Assembly (NCBI GenBank): GCA_964493715.1
Contig: CAZBPC010000047.1
Coordinates: forward strand, 1 to 25,239
Direction: 5' to 3'
Length of the DNA: 25,239 bases
Source of the DNA: an uncultured archaeon
GTDB taxonomy: Archaea; Asgardarchaeota; Lokiarchaeia; Sigyniarchaeales; SOKP01
Within the stretch, counting starts at the first letter, position 1. Every line of letters starts with the position of its first letter. The notes beneath the pieces are model-generated. The model ran no database searches. It had not been told where the DNA came from and saw only the letters and a program-made list of their open reading frames with translations. The translations under genes and the position numbers were made by a program. Positions 15,495 through 24,836 of the stretch are shown piece by piece.

Positions 15495-16142
15495 ATGAAT
15501 GAAAATAAAAATTGGATAAAACAACCTAATATTTGGGATTTTTTAATTCCAAACCGGGAGATACCAGATGGTGATGAAAGTGATGATGATGAAAAAAAAA
15601 AAAAAAAAAAAAAAAGTCACAAAAAAACAATATCATCCAGAGAATTTCAAGCCTTTTTGATTCTTTTATCTTTTGAGGGGACTAAAATACCCATTTTGAA
15701 GACTTATATTGATAAACAATTCAAACATGAAAGTAGAACTAAAGGTTATGACTACATTAATAGTTTATGTGAGAAAGGGAAGAAGAGAGATAAGAATGGA
15801 AAAGTTATCAAAGATGGAATGGTTATCAAAAAAAACAAAATCGTTTATGTTGATAAAAAGGTTCGATCAGAATACGAAAAATTTATCGTTCCGACATTGA
15901 GCAATACTAAAAATATAGTCAGAGAACTTCTCCAAGATAATCTAAACGCTATAAGAGATATAGAGAAAAACCAAGAGAAATTTAAGAATTATACTGAAAC
16001 TATAATTGATGCTGTAAAGGAATTAATTAGCAGAACTCCCGTAAATGTTATTAAGAATAAACGATTTAACAAAAAATTAGAAGAACTTATATTAAAATAT
16101 TACAGAGTAGAGATGTTAAAGTCACAGATGTTTTCGACATAA
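15495..16142 (+). CDS. Putative winged-helix (TrmB-like) DNA-binding protein with an acidic/poly-Lys N-terminal segment
   Basis: SREFQAFLILL...SRTKGYDYINSLCEKG...MVIKK resembles the TrmB N-terminal wHTH (R..VYD.L.SL..KG.V), followed by a helical region. Confidence 0.6.
   Translation: MNENKNWIKQPNIWDFLIPNREIPDGDESDDDEKKKKKKKSHKKTISSREFQAFLILLSFEGTKIPILKTYIDKQFKHESRTKGYDYINSLCEKGKKRDKNGKVIKDGMVIKKNKIVYVDKKVRSEYEKFIVPTLSNTKNIVRELLQDNLNAIRDIEKNQEKFKNYTETIIDAVKELISRTPVNVIKNKRFNKKLEELILKYYRVEMLKSQMFST
15592..15615 (+). repeat. A24 homopolymer inside the CDS, encoding E-K7-S
   Basis: 24 consecutive A, counted directly; the frame is preserved. Confidence 0.9.
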
Positions 16143-16217
16143 AAGACTAAATCTTTTAAATATTTAATTTAAATTAGGATTATCAAGATAAAAGTGAGAA
16201 AAGTTATTCCATAAAAA

Positions 16218-16940
16218 ATGATATTTCAAAGTGCCTTAACAGAGAGAATAATTATTGTAGCGATATCGCAAACGTGGCCTATTATTTACAATTCACTGTT
16301 TGCTTATAAATTATTAAAACGGGCAAAAAATCGTTCCACTATTACAATAAGTTCACTTTTCCTAATGATGGCTACAGCATTAACATTCGCAATTTTTTCA
16401 ATCATTACAGTCAATTCTCCCTTTTCTTATGCATTTTATGTAACTTCATGGTATTTATTAATGCTATCTAACTGTTTTTTGGTATTATTTAGTTGGTTAT
16501 TGCTCCACATTGGAGAAAGCATTTCATTCATAAAATATTTAATATTTATAGTATTGTTGAGCATAATAGTAAGCTATGTTATTTGGATTGGTATTTTATA
16601 TAACGGAATTCACTATAATATTAGTACGGGGTGGAGACCCGTATTTTCTTTGCCATTCGCTATTTCAAATTTGATATATCTTATTTTCATTCTTGTAATT
16701 CCTGAAGTTATCATGGCTTTTAAATTGCTTAAAAATTTTAAGGGAGTCAAAATTGCCATCAGGATTAAATTATTTTTAATTTCTTCTTTTGCAGAATACA
16801 TATTAATGATTTTACTAGTAATATATAATACATTACCAGAGAATAATCCATATCGTTTAATTCATTTATTTATTGCAGCTCCGCTTGGATTGTTTGCAGC
16901 CTACTTCATTTATAGAAGTTTTGGTAAGAAAATTGATTAA
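16218..16940 (+). CDS. Seven-transmembrane hypothetical protein (receptor-like, no output domain)
   Basis: Seven hydrophobic segments, basic loops after TM1 and TM5, and a longer loop GIHYNISTGWRPVFS between TM4 and TM5. Confidence 0.7.
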   Translation: MIFQSALTERIIIVAISQTWPIIYNSLFAYKLLKRAKNRSTITISSLFLMMATALTFAIFSIITVNSPFSYAFYVTSWYLLMLSNCFLVLFSWLLLHIGESISFIKYLIFIVLLSIIVSYVIWIGILYNGIHYNISTGWRPVFSLPFAISNLIYLIFILVIPEVIMAFKLLKNFKGVKIAIRIKLFLISSFAEYILMILLVIYNTLPENNPYRLIHLFIAAPLGLFAAYFIYRSFGKKID

Positions 16941-16946
16941 AGAAAG

Positions 16947-17723
16947 TTACTTCTGGCATTTAGGACAGAAAAATCCATGCCTACCTGAAATTTCGTATCT
17001 TTCAATTCTGCTCTCACATGTTGGGCATTCTCCATCCTTGCTCCTATGTGGGATTAGAAGATCTTTAGAATAATTTTCTAATTCTCCTTTAAAATCAATA
17101 CCGTATTGTAATACTTTTTTAATGTTTTGAAATAACTCTTTTAGTTCATTTTCATCAAGAGTATTAATTTTTCTCTTTGGATTGAGTTTACTCTGGAATA
17201 AAATCTCATCACTATAGATATTTCCAATACCCGCGAATATGGATTGATTTAATAATGCAGATTTCATGATAGCAGATCGTCTACCTAGAGTTGTTTTATA
17301 ATCATCGTATGACATCTTATAAGCATCAGGTCCCAAGTTCTTTTTATCAAGGAAATCTTCTAATGAATTTGTTAAATCGAGATGCCCAAACATTCTTTGA
17401 GAGATATATGATAAAAAGTGACCGTTGGTAAATTGAAATAAAACTTTTGTATATTTTGGCTCATCTGTTGCGTTTTCAAAATACTCGAGATCTCCGGTCA
17501 TGCCAAAATGCATGATTAGATATTGAGGGTCTATTTTTATTAGCAAATATTTTCCATGTCTAATGGTTTCTTGAAATTTTTTATTTTTAAGAGCTTTAGC
17601 AAATATTTCTTTTGAGACTTTTAAGATACGCTCATCTCTAATTTTTACCTCTTTTATCACGTGATTCAATGAGGTTTTATCAAAGTATTTCTTGAAAGTT
17701 TCAACTTCTGATAATTCTGGCAT
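16947..17723 (-). CDS. mutM: Fpg/Nei family DNA glycosylase/AP lyase
   Basis: N-terminal PELSEVE, RHGKYL, HFGMTG, LGPDA, H2TH motif GIGNIYSDEILF, and zinc finger CPTC...FFCPKCQ. Confidence 0.9.
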   Translation of the reverse strand: MPELSEVETFKKYFDKTSLNHVIKEVKIRDERILKVSKEIFAKALKNKKFQETIRHGKYLLIKIDPQYLIMHFGMTGDLEYFENATDEPKYTKVLFQFTNGHFLSYISQRMFGHLDLTNSLEDFLDKKNLGPDAYKMSYDDYKTTLGRRSAIMKSALLNQSIFAGIGNIYSDEILFQSKLNPKRKINTLDENELKELFQNIKKVLQYGIDFKGELENYSKDLLIPHRSKDGECPTCESRIERYEISGRHGFFCPKCQK

Positions 17724-17725
17724 TT

Positions 17726-18415
17726 TTATTCTTGTTTGTTTTTAAATGCATTTAAGGCAATCTTAGTGGAATGTTTTGCTTCTTCCGTGGTAACCATTCC
17801 AATCGTAACAGAGCAAATATTGTGCTTTGATATATAATCATAAGCGACTTCTGGATTAGATCTCCCAGCGGATAAGGTTTTCATGCCGACAAAATAACAA
17901 TCGTCCCTTGTATCAACAATTTCTTCTAATTGCATTTTATCTCCCATGAATATTCCTGTGTCATTAAAAGGAATTAAGAATGCTCTCACATCCGTGTTTT
18001 TAAAAGCATAATTCAATGTAGAAATAGGATTATGAGCAGCAATTCCAGGAATTATCCCTCTGGAGGCAATTTTTTCAATCATTCTGGTAAGATTTTCATC
18101 CTTTTTATCAGAAACCATTCCATGTGCGAAAATAATCTTAGCTTCCGACTCAACTAATTCTTCAATTAAAGGGTCTGGTCCTGGTGCTGTGGAACCTGTA
18201 ATTATATAATCATCATGAGATTCCCGCATGATTCTCGCAGCTTCTGCTACTTTACCAACTGGAATCATTTGAATTCCTCGACCTCCTGCTTCATAACAAG
18301 CCTCCATGATCTCTAGCAATGCTTGAGTGTCATTCATAAACTTCTTGCGATAAATGCGCGCATTTGCCCCAAATTGTGCTGCTCCTAAAAAAGGGGATGT
18401 TCCAGTCATCACCAA
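17726..18415 (-). CDS. Hypothetical TIM-barrel protein, aldo/keto-reductase-like
   Basis: GTSPFLGAAQFG, ACYEAG, PGIAAHNP, LIPFN..G and GMKTLSAGR resemble a shortened AKR-like barrel. The true start may lie upstream at 18448. Lies 2 bp from mutM, so probably co-transcribed. Confidence 0.65.
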   Translation of the reverse strand: MVMTGTSPFLGAAQFGANARIYRKKFMNDTQALLEIMEACYEAGGRGIQMIPVGKVAEAARIMRESHDDYIITGSTAPGPDPLIEELVESEAKIIFAHGMVSDKKDENLTRMIEKIASRGIIPGIAAHNPISTLNYAFKNTDVRAFLIPFNDTGIFMGDKMQLEEIVDTRDDCYFVGMKTLSAGRSNPEVAYDYISKHNICSVTIGMVTTEEAKHSTKIALNAFKNKQE

Positions 18416-18601
18416 TGGGATTTTTTCTCCTAATATTTCACAAAAAATCTATAGTCACCTATTTAATTTCCTAAAGTATGTTAGAAATAAACAAACTGGC
18501 ACATTATTTCTATTTTATGATTATAAAATTAATTAAGAAAAAAAAGTTATAATCAAGGTTAGATAATAATATTTAATTAATTTTAAAAGAAATCAAGTAA
18601 C

Positions 18602-20440
18602 ATGACAGACTCAAAAGCAATTAAAGACAATCCTTTTAAAGAGATTGGTAAAATCCCTTCAATGAAGTATTCCAGCGAGTATTCATTGAAAAATTTTCAC
18701 GTAGAAATGCGGGATGGCGTAAAAATCGCTGTGACACTTTGCTTGCCGAAAGATTTAAGGCCAAATGATAAAATTCCAGCTCTTTTAACTCAAACGCGTT
18801 ATTGGAGAGCAATGGAATTGAGAATTCCATTCAGATGGGTTTTTGATGAAATTGTTTCTACAGCACCCAATCCAGAAATAGTTACAGCTCGAGGATATGC
18901 ATTTATTATTACTGATGTGAGGGGGACAGGTGCATCATATGGGACAAGAAAGTATCCTTTTTCTGAGGAAGAGGTAAAGGATGGCCATGATATTGTTGAA
19001 TGGATTATATCTCAACCATGGTCAGATGGAAATGTGGTTTCCAAAGGAATTTCATATACTGGTACAACTACAGAACTATTTGCTTCAAATAATCATCCGG
19101 CAATTAAGGCCGTTATACCAGGGCATGGATTTTGGGATCCCTATACTGATGTTGCTTTTCCCGGAGGCGTGTATGATCATGGATTTATGGAAGCATGGTC
19201 GTTTTTAGGGAAGAATTTGGATATAAATAATCCAAAAGTCTTTAGAGAAGTCATGCCTGAGTTATGGTTATATGTTAGAGGTGTCAAGCCTGTTGATACT
19301 GATAAAGATTTGAATTTACTCAATGAAGTTGCAGAACTACATAAATCAAACGAATATGTTTTTGAACATACTATAAATAAAAGCTTCCGAGACGAAAAAC
19401 TTCCTGATAATACGAATATTGACGATCTTAGTGTATTTAAAAGAAAACCACTAATCGAAAAGTCAGACATTCCAATATTAGCTTGGTGTTCCTATTATGA
19501 TACGGGTTATTGTGATGCAATAATTCATAGATTCCTTAATTATACAAACCCATTAATCTGTATTTTGGGAGATTGGAATCACGGTGCGGCACTCCCTGCT
19601 AATCAATTTCATTTGGATAGGTCTAATGTAAGCCCCTCACCTCATGAACGAATACAAACTTGGATGAATTTCTTTGATCAATGTATCCATGGAGATGGAA
19701 TCCAAGGGAAAATATTATATTATTATACAATTGTTGAGGAAGCATGGAAAAAAACCATGACCTGGCCACCAAAAGGATGTAACTATCAGAAGTTATATTT
19801 TTCCGATAACTTCAATTTATCTAAAGAAATACCTAATGAGGAAAATTCGAAAGATGATTATAAAATCAATTATCGTTCTAGTTCGGGGAGATTTAATCGT
19901 TGGTGGGCACTTTTAGGCTTACCTATCATTTATGATAAACGAGCTAAAGAAGATGAAAGATTATTGACTTACAATAGTGCGCCATTTACAGAGGATACAG
20001 AAATTACCGGACAAATTATAGCGTGCCTATACATCTCTTCTACTTATGATGATGGTGCTATATTCGCATATATTGAAGATGTTGATGATGAAGGAAATGT
20101 TACTTACATCACAGATGGAGAATTTCGTGTTATACATAGAAAAATATCACTAAACCAACCTCCTTATAAAACTCTCATTCCCTATCATAGCTTTTTAGAA
20201 AAAGATGCATCCCCTCTTATTCCTGGAGAAATTGCTGAGATCAAGTTTGGACTACATGTTACTTCTGTTCTTATAAAAAAAGGACATAAGTTGAGAATTG
20301 CGATAGCTGGATGCGATAAGGACACTTTCTCTAGATATCCGACCGAAGGTAGACCAACAATAAGCGTTTATCATTCGAAAAATCATGCATCTTACATCGA
20401 TATCCCAATTATTCAAAAAGATAAAAGAGATGATAAATAA
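18602..20440 (+). CDS. CocE/NonD family hydrolase (peptidase S15 / X-Pro dipeptidyl-peptidase-like)
   Basis: MRDGVKIA, TRYWR, DVRGTGASYG, QPWSDGNV, nucleophile motif GISYTG, GDWNHG, and a C-terminal jelly-roll (EITG, GHKLRIAIAG). Confidence 0.92.
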   Translation: MTDSKAIKDNPFKEIGKIPSMKYSSEYSLKNFHVEMRDGVKIAVTLCLPKDLRPNDKIPALLTQTRYWRAMELRIPFRWVFDEIVSTAPNPEIVTARGYAFIITDVRGTGASYGTRKYPFSEEEVKDGHDIVEWIISQPWSDGNVVSKGISYTGTTTELFASNNHPAIKAVIPGHGFWDPYTDVAFPGGVYDHGFMEAWSFLGKNLDINNPKVFREVMPELWLYVRGVKPVDTDKDLNLLNEVAELHKSNEYVFEHTINKSFRDEKLPDNTNIDDLSVFKRKPLIEKSDIPILAWCSYYDTGYCDAIIHRFLNYTNPLICILGDWNHGAALPANQFHLDRSNVSPSPHERIQTWMNFFDQCIHGDGIQGKILYYYTIVEEAWKKTMTWPPKGCNYQKLYFSDNFNLSKEIPNEENSKDDYKINYRSSSGRFNRWWALLGLPIIYDKRAKEDERLLTYNSAPFTEDTEITGQIIACLYISSTYDDGAIFAYIEDVDDEGNVTYITDGEFRVIHRKISLNQPPYKTLIPYHSFLEKDASPLIPGEIAEIKFGLHVTSVLIKKGHKLRIAIAGCDKDTFSRYPTEGRPTISVYHSKNHASYIDIPIIQKDKRDDK

Positions 20441-20799
20441 TGGAAGAACTCATACCTATCATGAAGGAAAAATTCAAAGAAAAGATATTGATAATTGAAG
20501 ATAAAGAAAGACTTACCATAACTCTTATTGTTAAAGGTGATATCTTTGGAAAATTTCTTTATCCCGATGAGATCCCAATTATTTTAAAACTCTACGGTGG
20601 ATTGAAAGAAGATCTTCAAATGGAAATTAAAATCAATGAAAAGGAGCAAAAAGCAGATATAATCCTCGAAAATGAAGATGATTTTAAGAAAATTAAATCG
20701 ATTATGAAAAATTTATGGGAAAACGCTGTAGATATGTTAGCAGAACTCTTAAAAGGTAAATATGAGGTAATTAAAAATGTACCTAACATTGATAAATAA
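20440..20799 (+). CDS. Hypothetical protein translationally coupled to the CocE/NonD gene
   Basis: 119-aa ORF whose ATG overlaps the upstream TAA (TAATG); protein-like composition. Confidence 0.75.
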   Translation: MEELIPIMKEKFKEKILIIEDKERLTITLIVKGDIFGKFLYPDEIPIILKLYGGLKEDLQMEIKINEKEQKADIILENEDDFKKIKSIMKNLWENAVDMLAELLKGKYEVIKNVPNIDK

Positions 20800-20811
20800 T
20801 TTTTTTTATTT

Positions 20812-21597
20812 TTAACTCTCTTTATTTGAAAGAGAAGATTCAATTCGATCTAACCATTCCTTCACCAAAATAGTAAAAGTTTGTTCTTGTTCTATCTGTA
20901 GATTATGACTTGCTTGGTCTAATATTGCATACGTGGCACGTGGATATTTTTCTATGATATCCCATGCGTCTTGATATCCCACCGTCGAATCTTGCCTGCC
21001 TAATAAAAAAAGTGAAGGTTTATCAAATCTTTTTATTTTCTCATCTACATTAGATGAAAATGGATACCCTTTTTTTGCAAGTTTGTCTAAAAAATCATTA
21101 TTTGCAATATCTATCCCAGCTTGAATCTCTTTTTTATAGCGTTTTGACATTTTTAAATTCAGTTGTGGAATTGGAATGTTAATTTCTGGCAAAATACGTT
21201 CATTTTGTACAGCTTTCATAACAGGACAAATAAATAATGCGCCTTCAACATTTTCAGGTTCCTTATAAATAATACCTCTACCTAAATAACTACCGTAAGA
21301 TTCACTCGCGATTAAAAATCTCTGATTGGGAATTATCCTTTTTATAAATTCAATGCATATATCAAGCATTTGATCTGAGTTCTTTATCCAAGATTCAGCA
21401 TTGGTCTTTCCCATTCCTGGTAAATCGAAATAAATGCGCTTATAATTATTCCTTTCCTTAAAAATGGGTTCCATACATCCTTTAAGTACTCGATGATCAA
21501 GGGTGAACCCATGGAGATTTATAATTGGGAAGCCGTTGCCGTAGGTTTCATAGTATATTATTGAATTTTTAAGTTTACATTCCATTTTTATCATCAA
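20812..21597 (-). CDS. Alpha/beta hydrolase
   Basis: LHGF, DLPGMG, nucleophile elbow SESYG, GRQD and ASHNLQIEQ. Confidence 0.88.
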   Translation of the reverse strand: MMIKMECKLKNSIIYYETYGNGFPIINLHGFTLDHRVLKGCMEPIFKERNNYKRIYFDLPGMGKTNAESWIKNSDQMLDICIEFIKRIIPNQRFLIASESYGSYLGRGIIYKEPENVEGALFICPVMKAVQNERILPEINIPIPQLNLKMSKRYKKEIQAGIDIANNDFLDKLAKKGYPFSSNVDEKIKRFDKPSLFLLGRQDSTVGYQDAWDIIEKYPRATYAILDQASHNLQIEQEQTFTILVKEWLDRIESSLSNKES

Positions 21598-21615
21598 AAT
21601 TAGTTAATTTAACTT

Positions 21616-22557
21616 TTACTGCAAGGTAGTGAAAAAATCTGCTAAATCTATATTTCCACCACTTATAATTAACCCAATCTTTTTATTATTAATTAAAGAA
21701 GGGTTAATATCTCCATAAAGTAAACCGGCTAAAGGAACAGCACCAGAAGGTTCAACAATTAATTTCATGCGTTCCCAATAAAATTTCATTGCATCAATGA
21801 TTTGTTGTTCTGTAACTGTGATTATTTCACTTACTAAATCTTGGATTATTGGAAAGGTTTTCTCACCAACTGATGTCCTTAATCCGTCAGCGATTGTATT
21901 AGGATTTACAACAGGAATCCGTTTTCCTAATTTGAAAGATTGATAGGCGTCATCAGCATTTTTGGGTTCAACTCCAATAATTTTAATTCGTGGGTCTAAT
22001 CCTTTTGCTGCTATTGAGCAACCACTAATTAATCCACCTCCTCCAATTGGGGCTAATAATAAATCTAAAGTCCCAATTTGATTAATAAATTCTAAAGCTG
22101 TTGTACCGCCTCCAAAAATTACATTATAATCGTCAAATGGATGAATTAATTTATATCCATATATATCTATTTGCTCCTGGGTCAATCTTGCACGATCCTC
22201 GATAGTAGATTCTGAAAAAAGGATTTTTGCTCCATAACCCTTTGTAGCTTCTATTTTAGAAGTAGTCGCATTTTTAGGCATTACAACCGTAGCACTTATA
22301 CCTAAGATGTTTGCAACTAATGCTACTGCTTGAGCAAAATTACCAGATGAATGAGCAATAATCCCTTTTTCTCTTTCTCTAAAGGGTATTTGGCTAATGC
22401 AATTCCAAGCACCTCGAAATTTGAAGGATCCAGTTCTTTGAAAGTTTTCACATTTTACAAAAACTCTTTTACTTTTCGTCAATACGTCTAAAGTTCTGCT
22501 TTTCATTACTGGGGTCTGATTAGCTGCTTTAAAAAGTATCTTATAAGCCTTTTTCAC
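21616..22557 (-). CDS. PLP-dependent serine/threonine dehydratase / serine racemase family (catabolic, no ACT domain)
   Basis: KCENFQRTGSFKFRGA (PLP Lys), SSGNFAQA, HPFD, PIGGGGLISG, TIADGL, EPSGA and SGGNID. Confidence 0.92.
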   Translation of the reverse strand: MKKAYKILFKAANQTPVMKSRTLDVLTKSKRVFVKCENFQRTGSFKFRGAWNCISQIPFREREKGIIAHSSGNFAQAVALVANILGISATVVMPKNATTSKIEATKGYGAKILFSESTIEDRARLTQEQIDIYGYKLIHPFDDYNVIFGGGTTALEFINQIGTLDLLLAPIGGGGLISGCSIAAKGLDPRIKIIGVEPKNADDAYQSFKLGKRIPVVNPNTIADGLRTSVGEKTFPIIQDLVSEIITVTEQQIIDAMKFYWERMKLIVEPSGAVPLAGLLYGDINPSLINNKKIGLIISGGNIDLADFFTTLQ

Positions 22558-22681
22558 TTCTTTGAAAATAATAATCCCCTTTTGGCGATTTATAGCTAAG
22601 TATTAGATAAGTAAATATTTGTAATCTTAAATATAATGTCGATCAATTATTAATTTAACACATAAATTAAAAGTGTAAAAC

Positions 22682-23494
22682 ATGCCATTTATAGAATTAG
22701 ATGAAGGATATAAAATCTTTTATTTAGATAAAGGAGAAGGGAAAAATGTAGTTTTTATTCATGGTTTTTTAGGCTCTTCTTGGTTATTTGAAACCCAAAT
22801 AGAAATTTTCTCAAAAAACTATAGAACTATTGCAATTGACCATTTGGGTCATGGAAAAAGTGATAAGCCAAAATCAGAATCGTATAAATTACATGATCTA
22901 GCTAATTATTTGGATAAAACTTTAAAAAAGATAATTGGGGATGAAAAAATAATCCTTTGTGGTCATTCCATGGGTGGAATGATTGCTTTGAGTTATGCTA
23001 CAAATCCAGTACTAGCAAAAAGGTTAGAAGGATTAATTCTGATGGGAACGGCTCCCAAATTAAAGAATCTTGGTTTGGTTCAATATATCGAAGATTTAAG
23101 AGCTGGTACAATGTCTATTAAAGATCGTGAGACAATTGAAACAATCTTTGTAGGTCTTTGTTTTCAACGAAAGGCACGGAAAGAACAAACAAAGCTAATA
23201 AAAGAATTTGTTGATAGAACTCTTGAAAATGAAGAATTTGTGGCGCTTCGAACAATGGAATCAATAGTTAATGATTATAATGTTGAGGATAAACTCTTAG
23301 ATATCACAGTACCTACCTTGATATTAACAGGCGATAAGGATAATTTTATCCTTCCTGAAGAGTCAAAATTGATGACCCAAAAAATTCCTAATTCAAAATT
23401 GGTAGTTTTTACTCCAAAAATCGGACACATGATCCAATATGAGGCAACTGATGACTATAATAAAGCTGTAGAAATATTTTTAAGAGAAATATAA
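22682..23494 (+). CDS. Alpha/beta hydrolase
   Basis: FIHGF, DHLGHGKSD, GHSMGG, GDKD and GHMIQYE. Confidence 0.92.
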   Translation: MPFIELDEGYKIFYLDKGEGKNVVFIHGFLGSSWLFETQIEIFSKNYRTIAIDHLGHGKSDKPKSESYKLHDLANYLDKTLKKIIGDEKIILCGHSMGGMIALSYATNPVLAKRLEGLILMGTAPKLKNLGLVQYIEDLRAGTMSIKDRETIETIFVGLCFQRKARKEQTKLIKEFVDRTLENEEFVALRTMESIVNDYNVEDKLLDITVPTLILTGDKDNFILPEESKLMTQKIPNSKLVVFTPKIGHMIQYEATDDYNKAVEIFLREI

Positions 23495-23539
23495 TTCTTA
23501 TCTCCAATTTTTTAATTTTTATTATTTTAAATATTGTAA

Positions 23540-24706
23540 TTACTCTATAATAGATGTTTCTGAAGTAGCTAATCTATTCAAAGCAGATTCATCAATTTTT
23601 ATACCCCATCCAGAACCTTTTGGAACTTGAGCAAATCCATTACTGTAATCGATAGGAATTGAAATTAAATCATCTTCTAACATTTCTTGACCAAAAAGTT
23701 CGGTAGCATAATTAATTGAGTCATATTTTGCAGCGTGGAGATGAATATGCATTGCTGAGGCAATTCCTAATGGTTGATTGTGCAAAACTACGCCTAAACC
23801 TCGCAATTTTGCATAACTTATAGCTCTTAAAGCCTTGGTAACGCCTCCAGGTCTTTCGGAATTAATTCCTAAAACTCTTACAGCATTCAATTCTACTAAT
23901 GTGATAAAATCCCTCAAACAAAAAAAACCTTCATGAGACATTAAAGGTGTATCTACGTTTTTTTGTACATATGCCATTCCCAAATAGTCATTAGATTTCA
24001 CGGGTTCTTCTGCATAGTCTATCCCATAAGGTTCTATTGCTTTAATCGCTCGAACGGCGTTCTGAGGCGTATAAGCTTGATTATAATCCACACGTAAATG
24101 GATATCATTTCCTAAAGCATTTCTAATTGCTAAAACAATTTCTCTATCTTGCTCAATACTCTTCCCTAATTTTAATCTAAAAGATCGAAATCCTTTTTTG
24201 TAATACGATCGCACTAATCCCTTCATTAACATGGGACTACCTAATGGAATTAAAGCTGCTAAAGGAATTTTTTCGACTATTTTTCCTCCCATTAAATAAC
24301 AAGCAGGTATTTCATTGATATTTCCGATAAGATCATATAATGTCATGTCTAAAAGTCCTTTTGCAACCTCATTACGTGCTAGATTAATGTCCATTCGATA
24401 ATTTATTCTTTCGATATTAAAAGGATTTTCTCCTATGAGATATTTCGACAATGAATTTTTAATGATATCAATAATTTGAGTCGGAGAGACACCTGTTTCG
24501 GGTAACCAAATAAATGACTCTCCTAATCCCATACTCCCATCGTTATTAAATAACTTGCATATTACAAAATCGCCACCAAGCCACGCTTCTTCAGCCTCTA
24601 TAGCCATACCTAATCCACCTTCTGATTGTTCCATTGCTTTTTTAACGGAATCTTTAAAGGGAACAAATAATGGTGTTAATTCGATTCTTTCAATTGAGTC
24701 TTTCAT
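23540..24706 (-). CDS. Enolase superfamily, mandelate racemase/muconate lactonizing enzyme-like protein
   Basis: GLGE, AKGLLDMTLYDL.G, FRLKLG, RVDYNQ, AEEP, RPGG.T and VPKGSGWGI. Confidence 0.9.
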   Translation of the reverse strand: MKDSIERIELTPLFVPFKDSVKKAMEQSEGGLGMAIEAEEAWLGGDFVICKLFNNDGSMGLGESFIWLPETGVSPTQIIDIIKNSLSKYLIGENPFNIERINYRMDINLARNEVAKGLLDMTLYDLIGNINEIPACYLMGGKIVEKIPLAALIPLGSPMLMKGLVRSYYKKGFRSFRLKLGKSIEQDREIVLAIRNALGNDIHLRVDYNQAYTPQNAVRAIKAIEPYGIDYAEEPVKSNDYLGMAYVQKNVDTPLMSHEGFFCLRDFITLVELNAVRVLGINSERPGGVTKALRAISYAKLRGLGVVLHNQPLGIASAMHIHLHAAKYDSINYATELFGQEMLEDDLISIPIDYSNGFAQVPKGSGWGIKIDESALNRLATSETSIIE

Positions 24707-24836
24707 ATCTTTTTTATCATCTTAATTATCATATTGAATTGATATTTGAATATAAGTTTTCGAGAATTATAACTGTCATTGCTAATATAGTAAAAACAAT
24801 TTTTAATCCAAAATTTCAACTCATTTAATCAGACAA

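Noticed and set aside
16218-16940. Rhodopsin (7TM)
   Set aside because: No retinal-binding Lys motif within TM7 and no helix-C rhodopsin motif.
2176-20843. Short alternative-frame or antisense ORFs in the track (2176, 3617, 6854, 8536, 9862, 11599, 12523, 13044, 15709, 16613, 16873, 18354, 18636, 18981, 19177, 20616)
   Set aside because: All overlap well-supported genes and show no recognisable motifs; treated as shadow ORFs.
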